A program made the position numbers and the translations under genes. A stretch of DNA of 64,000 bases from positions 2,208,001 through 2,272,000 of the forward strand of contig OZ257156.1 in assembly GCA_965279375.1 (NCBI GenBank), read 5' to 3'. Shown piece after piece: positions 59,531 through 64,000 of this stretch. The notes under the pieces were generated by a model, which worked only from the letters and a program-made list of their open reading frames with translations, had not been told where the DNA came from and did no database searches. Each line of letters opens with the position of its first letter. Within the stretch, counting starts at the first letter, position 1. Source of the stretch: Gemmatimonas sp. (GTDB lineage Bacteria; Gemmatimonadota; Gemmatimonadetes; Gemmatimonadales; Gemmatimonadaceae).

Positions 59531-60484
59531 TCAGCGGCCGCCGGGGAGTGTGGCGACGCCCGTGGCCGGATTGAACGTGCTGCCAGCCGGCAGCACGTGC
59601 ATGACCATGCCGGTGGCACCAAGCACACCCTGAGGTGTGATCGCGCTCTTGCGTGCGTCGTAGATGACCGCGACGCTGGCTCCGGCGATGCGCCACGTGC
59701 CGTCCGGCTGCACGATCAGCGCGGTGGACTCGTCAACGCCAACACCCAGATGCGTGTCGCGCTCGAGCACGAGGCTGATCAGGCGATTGTGCCGCTTCCG
59801 TCGCAGGAAATGCTGGTCGATGATGGCGTTGCCGATAAGACCAAAGCCGTCCGCGGTGGCGATGTTGTTTCGGTCGATGGTGCCCATGGACAATGTGGTG
59901 TCCGGGCGCGTGCCTCCGGGGTGCTTTTCGTCACCCGTGAGCATGATGCTCGACATCACGGCGGCGCCGGCTGATGTCCCGCCGATCACCGCGCCCGCGC
60001 GATAGCGATCGGCGATCGCGGCCGCGGTGCGCGAGCCACCGAGTGCCGCAGTGAGGCGAGATTGATCGCCGCCGCCAAACCAAACGCCGGTGGCGTTGCG
60101 CACCGCCTGCACGATCGAGTCGGCATCGGCACCGTCACGTTGCACCCAGAGACTCACGGCTTCGGCGCCAAGCGCGCGCAAATCCTTCGCCTTGGCCTCA
60201 CCGCTGGCCTTTCCATCGGCGCTGGCCATCGCGAACACGACGATGCGCGCCTTGCCCGCGCCGCCCGCCAACTCGACGAACTCGCGCACGAGCGCGGCAG
60301 GCTGCGGGCCGCCACCGACGATGTACAGCGATCCCCGCGCGCTGCTCTGTGCCGACGCCGACGGGACAGCGAAAGCGATGGCGAGCGTCAGTAACGCAGC
60401 GGCAAATGCATTCCTGCGTGCACGCGAGGCAAAGGAACGCGTGGACGTGAGAGCAGACGCAAGCAATGACTCGAACGGAGACAT
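59531..60484 (-). CDS. Exported cyanophycinase (peptidase S51)
   Basis: IVGGG, FGGGDQ, GTSAGAA, IDQHF..R.R..RL, GVDEST; signal peptide ending ASA-Q. Confidence 0.88.
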   Translation of the reverse strand: MSPFESLLASALTSTRSFASRARRNAFAAALLTLAIAFAVPSASAQSSARGSLYIVGGGPQPAALVREFVELAGGAGKARIVVFAMASADGKASGEAKAKDLRALGAEAVSLWVQRDGADADSIVQAVRNATGVWFGGGDQSRLTAALGGSRTAAAIADRYRAGAVIGGTSAGAAVMSSIMLTGDEKHPGGTRPDTTLSMGTIDRNNIATADGFGLIGNAIIDQHFLRRKRHNRLISLVLERDTHLGVGVDESTALIVQPDGTWRIAGASVAVIYDARKSAITPQGVLGATGMVMHVLPAGSTFNPATGVATLPGGR

Positions 60485-60601
60485 GATGAGGGCAGTCGAG
60501 GGGGGCGGGAGCGGATCAATGCTCCGCAAAGATGCGCTCCCCGACCGCCGATGGGCGAATCCGACGTGCGTATTCGTTGCCAGATGACCCAACCCGCTGA
60601 A

Positions 60602-61183
60602 CTAACTTGGCGGTAGCACCGGCGCGTGGTGGCTCGTCCCTGGTGCGCGCATGCCACTGGAATTGGACAGCGAGACAGTCGCCTGCGGTGTCAGCTCGTC
60701 GAGAATCCGTCGACTGACCAGGACCCCGTTGTCGTAGACGTCGAGCAACGTGCGGTGCCCCACGACCTCCGGCAGCAGCAGGCAATCCACCACCAGCGAC
60801 TGCGGGACCTCGACAGTGCGGAACCTGAGGTGCGCCGACACCATGCCGTCTGATTCGATGCTGGGCGCATCGAAGAGGATCGGGATCAGCCCCTGACCGT
60901 CCGCACCCACCGCGCACCGCTCCGAGAGGAGCAGGGCGGCCTCGCGCAGTCGCGCGGCGGCAAAGAGCGTGCGCGGCGCCGAGAGCGTGAGGTCAATCGT
61001 GCGACCGACGATGCGAACCGTCGCCGTGCTCTCGACCGTCGCGACTGGTCCCGCCACCACACTCGCAATGCGATTGGCCGTCGACCTAGTGGGCAGCGGT
61101 GGCACGGCCACGACTCGGCCCAGCAGCAGTCCGCCCGCGAAGAACGCCGATGCGTACGACAGCACTTCCACCAGAAAGAACAT
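60602..61183 (-). CDS. Hypothetical membrane-anchored protein
   Basis: N-terminal hydrophobic segment, fills the intergenic gap, no recognised motif; start uncertain. Confidence 0.5.
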   Translation of the reverse strand: MFFLVEVLSYASAFFAGGLLLGRVVAVPPLPTRSTANRIASVVAGPVATVESTATVRIVGRTIDLTLSAPRTLFAAARLREAALLLSERCAVGADGQGLIPILFDAPSIESDGMVSAHLRFRTVEVPQSLVVDCLLLPEVVGHRTLLDVYDNGVLVSRRILDELTPQATVSLSNSSGMRAPGTSHHAPVLPPS

Positions 61184-61407
61184 GGCCCGACACCGGTTGC
61201 TGGTCGCGAGGGCGCCCATGACTTGTTCTTGCGGCGCAGTGGAGCAACACGTGAGTAGTCGCCGCACCCCAGCCGCTGTGCCGCCTCGCTCGACTGAAGC
61301 GCCCCGGACGTCTCAACAGGATGTCGTTTCGGGCGTATCTTCACCGTCGCTCATCACCTGAGCCCAGTCCCTCCGAACTTCCCTCGTGACTCCCACATGA
61401 CCTGCTC

Positions 61408-63054
61408 ATGACACGCTCCCGTCGCGATTTCCTCAAGGCAAGCGCTGCCGTCGCCGCTGGTACCATGGCCGCGTCGTCCTCGCTCGCTGCGGCGCCCGGT
61501 CTCATCACCCGCGTCACGCCGCGCGGCCTGCTCGACGCGGCGACGCCGTTCGACGATCCCGCCGTCAAGGCGCTGATGCAGGTGGCCATCGACACGGCGA
61601 AGCGCGGCGGAGCCTCGTACGCCGATGTGCGCGTCGCCGCACGGCGCCAGCAGAACGTCAACACGCGCGACCGCATCGTGCAGGGGGTGAGCGATACCGA
61701 CACCTTCGGACTCGGCGTGCGCACGCTGGTGGATGGCGCGTGGGGATTCGCGGCGACCAGCAGCCTGAGCACCGACTCCGTCGCCGACATCACGCGCAAG
61801 GCGCTCGGACAAGCCAAGGCCAATCGCGCCAGCCAGATCCGCCCGGTCAAGCTCGCGCCGACGCCCGGCAATCAGGTGGGAACGTGGTCGAGCCCGATCA
61901 AGACGGACCCGTTCACCGTGGCGATTCCGGACAAGGTCGCGCTGCTGCTCGCCGCCAACGAAGCGGCGCTCAAGGTGAAGGGCGTACGCACGGTCAACTC
62001 GGCGATGTTCTTCTTGCGCGAAGAGAAGTCGCTGATGACGAGCGATGGCTCGTATCTCATTCAGACGATCTTCCGCACGTCGCCGTCGATTTCCGTGACG
62101 GCGGTGTCGGCGGACTTCTCCGATTTCCAGTCGGTGGACAGCAATGACATCGCGCCGATGGGTTTGGGCTACGAGCATGTGCTCGACTCCAAGCTCGTCG
62201 AGCGCGCGCCCAAGTACGCCGAGCAGGCAGTGCAGAAGCTGTCCGCCAAGCCGGTGGAGCCGGGGCGTTATGACCTGCTGCTGCATCCGTCGAATCTGTG
62301 GCTGACAGTGCACGAAGTCATCGCGCATCCGAGCGAACTCGATCGTGCGTTAGGCTTCGAAGCCAACTACGCGGGCACCAGCTTCATCGCGCCGCCGGAA
62401 GCGGTGCTGGGCAAGCTGCGCATTGGCTCGGACCTCTTGAACATCGTCGGCGATCGCGAGCAGGCGGGTTCACTCGGCGCCATCGGCTGGGACGACGAAG
62501 CAGTGAAGCCGACCAAGTTCGACATCATCAAGAACGGCATCTTCGTGGACTATCAGACCACGCGTGAGCAGGCCACGATGATGACGGATTACTACACGAA
62601 GGCCGGCAAGCCGGTGCGCTCGTACGGCTGCAGCTACGCGCAGAGCTGGGCGGACGTGCAGTTCCAGCGCATGCCCAACGTGAGCATGGTGCCGGGCAAG
62701 AACGACGACACCTTCGAAAGCCTGATTGCCAAGATGGATCGCGGCATCGCGATCGAGGGCGACGGTTCGTTCTCGATCGACCAGCAGCGATACAACGGAC
62801 AGTTCGCCGGCCAGGTCTTCCACGAGATCAAGGGCGGCAAGGTGGTCGGCATGCTGAAGGACGTGGCGTATCAGTTCCGTACGCCGGATTTCTGGAAGTC
62901 GCTCAAGGCGATCGGCGGCCCGAAGAGCTACCACCTCGGCGGCGCGTTCGGCGACGCCAAGGGACAGCCAGGTCAGTCGAATTCCGTCAGCCACGGCTGC
63001 GTGCCGTCGCTCTTCCAGCAGGTGAACATCATCAACACCGGGAGAAAGGCGTGA
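61408..63054 (+). CDS. tldD: TldD-family metalloprotease with twin-arginine signal
   Basis: SRRDFLK Tat motif; YADVR, G.WGFA, HEVIAH, WDDE, QRMPN. Confidence 0.9.
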   Translation: MTRSRRDFLKASAAVAAGTMAASSSLAAAPGLITRVTPRGLLDAATPFDDPAVKALMQVAIDTAKRGGASYADVRVAARRQQNVNTRDRIVQGVSDTDTFGLGVRTLVDGAWGFAATSSLSTDSVADITRKALGQAKANRASQIRPVKLAPTPGNQVGTWSSPIKTDPFTVAIPDKVALLLAANEAALKVKGVRTVNSAMFFLREEKSLMTSDGSYLIQTIFRTSPSISVTAVSADFSDFQSVDSNDIAPMGLGYEHVLDSKLVERAPKYAEQAVQKLSAKPVEPGRYDLLLHPSNLWLTVHEVIAHPSELDRALGFEANYAGTSFIAPPEAVLGKLRIGSDLLNIVGDREQAGSLGAIGWDDEAVKPTKFDIIKNGIFVDYQTTREQATMMTDYYTKAGKPVRSYGCSYAQSWADVQFQRMPNVSMVPGKNDDTFESLIAKMDRGIAIEGDGSFSIDQQRYNGQFAGQVFHEIKGGKVVGMLKDVAYQFRTPDFWKSLKAIGGPKSYHLGGAFGDAKGQPGQSNSVSHGCVPSLFQQVNIINTGRKA

Positions 63055-64000
63055 GCCATCGTCTGGGAAATCATCAGGGCGACATCGCGCCGCGCTCGCT
63101 CTTTGCGCCGGTGAACGTGTTGTCGCGCGCCGAAGCGCAGGAGATTGCCGCGCGCGCACTCAAGAACTCGCCCGCGGAAGAGACGCGCGTCTCCATCAAC
63201 AGCGGTGCGCGCGCGGATACGCGCTTCGCGCTGAATCAGGTGACGACGTCGGGTGAGAATCAGGATACGACGGTCACGATCACGGCGTACGTGGGCAATC
63301 GTTCGGCGAGTGTGAACACCAATCGCCTCGACGAAGCATCGCTTGCCGCTGCAGCGAAGCAGGCACATGAGATCGCGAAGCTGGTGCCACCCAATCCGGA
63401 GCGGATGCCGGAGCTTGGTGCGCAGCAGTATCCGGCGCCCAAGGAACGCAGCTTCTCGATGCCGTCGCCGGAAGAGCGCGCACTGGCCGCGAAGCAGGTG
63501 ACGGAGTTGGCGCGTGCGAACGATCTCATCGCGACGGGCTTCATCGAGTGTCGGGCCGGTGCAAACGCGCTGGCCAACTCGAAGGGACTGTTTGCCTACG
63601 ACTCGAGCGCCGTGATGACGATGACCGCGACGGTGCGCTCGCCCGATGGCACGGGATCAGGTTGGGCCTGCAGCGATGGGGTGAACTTCAGCGATCTCGA
63701 TCCAACGGCCGTTGCTGCCACTGCGGTGCAGAAGGCCAAGGACTCACGCAACCCAGTCGCGATCGAGCCGGGTCGTTACACGACCATTCTCGAGCCTACT
63801 GCGGTCGGCAATCTCGTGCAGCTCATCGCCGGTGCGATGCAGGCGCGCGCTGCGGATGAAGGACGCTCGTTCTTCTCGAAGCAGGGCGGCGGCAACAAGA
63901 TCGGGCTCAAGGTGGTGGATGAGCGCGTGACGCTGCTCTCCGATCCGGAGGATGCGCCGAGCACCACGGGAGGCTTCGATGGCGACGGAGTGCCGGTGGA
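63051..64000 (+). CDS. PmbA/TldE-family partner, runs off the right edge of the window
   Basis: GTGA-coupled to tldD; hand-translated TRFALNQVTTSG and IEPGRYTTILEP. Confidence 0.88.
   Translation, partial: MSHRLGNHQGDIAPRSLFAPVNVLSRAEAQEIAARALKNSPAEETRVSINSGARADTRFALNQVTTSGENQDTTVTITAYVGNRSASVNTNRLDEASLAAAAKQAHEIAKLVPPNPERMPELGAQQYPAPKERSFSMPSPEERALAAKQVTELARANDLIATGFIECRAGANALANSKGLFAYDSSAVMTMTATVRSPDGTGSGWACSDGVNFSDLDPTAVAATAVQKAKDSRNPVAIEPGRYTTILEPTAVGNLVQLIAGAMQARAADEGRSFFSKQGGGNKIGLKVVDERVTLLSDPEDAPSTTGGFDGDGVPV

Overview
High-GC bacterial DNA. The combination of SusC/SusD, a membrane Hanks-type Ser/Thr kinase with a TPR-like ectodomain and many lipoproteins is Gemmatimonadota-like (inference). 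I found no rRNA, tRNA, CRISPR array or transposase. Layout: (1) an OmpR-type two-component pair and a HAD phosphatase preceded by a promoter-leader-terminator (attenuator-like) region; (2) a ~25 kb alpha-glucoside utilisation locus (SusC, SusD, two FG-GAP/ASPIC-UnbV lipoproteins flanking a vanadium-haloperoxidase/PAP2-fold protein, two GH13 amylases, MFS transporter, GH37 trehalase, divergent (alpha/alpha)6-type hydrolase), interrupted by an opposite-strand GH100-like hydrolase + P-loop kinase cassette and a ~280 bp nested palindrome; (3) TPR-methyltransferase, dihaem cytochrome c and an alpha/beta-hydrolase pair; (4) a TPP riboswitch + TonB receptor back-to-back with pnuC/nadR-like genes; (5) a SigK/RskA-like ECF module divergent from a fasciclin gene, with two mirror-image GCATCC-N16-CGAA promoters; (6) GAF kinase, sucA, PIG-L deacetylase, sodium:solute symporter with a 32-aa partner; (7) hybrid kinase + ANTAR regulator; (8) a coupled four-gene operon of pappalysin-like lipoprotein protease, CxxC lipoprotein, receptor-like Ser/Thr kinase and small coiled-coil lipoprotein; (9) exported M20 peptidase, His-rich small protein, exported cyanophycinase and Tat-signal TldD with its PmbA partner. 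All calls come from reading motifs by eye, with no database searches; several start codons are my re-assignments.
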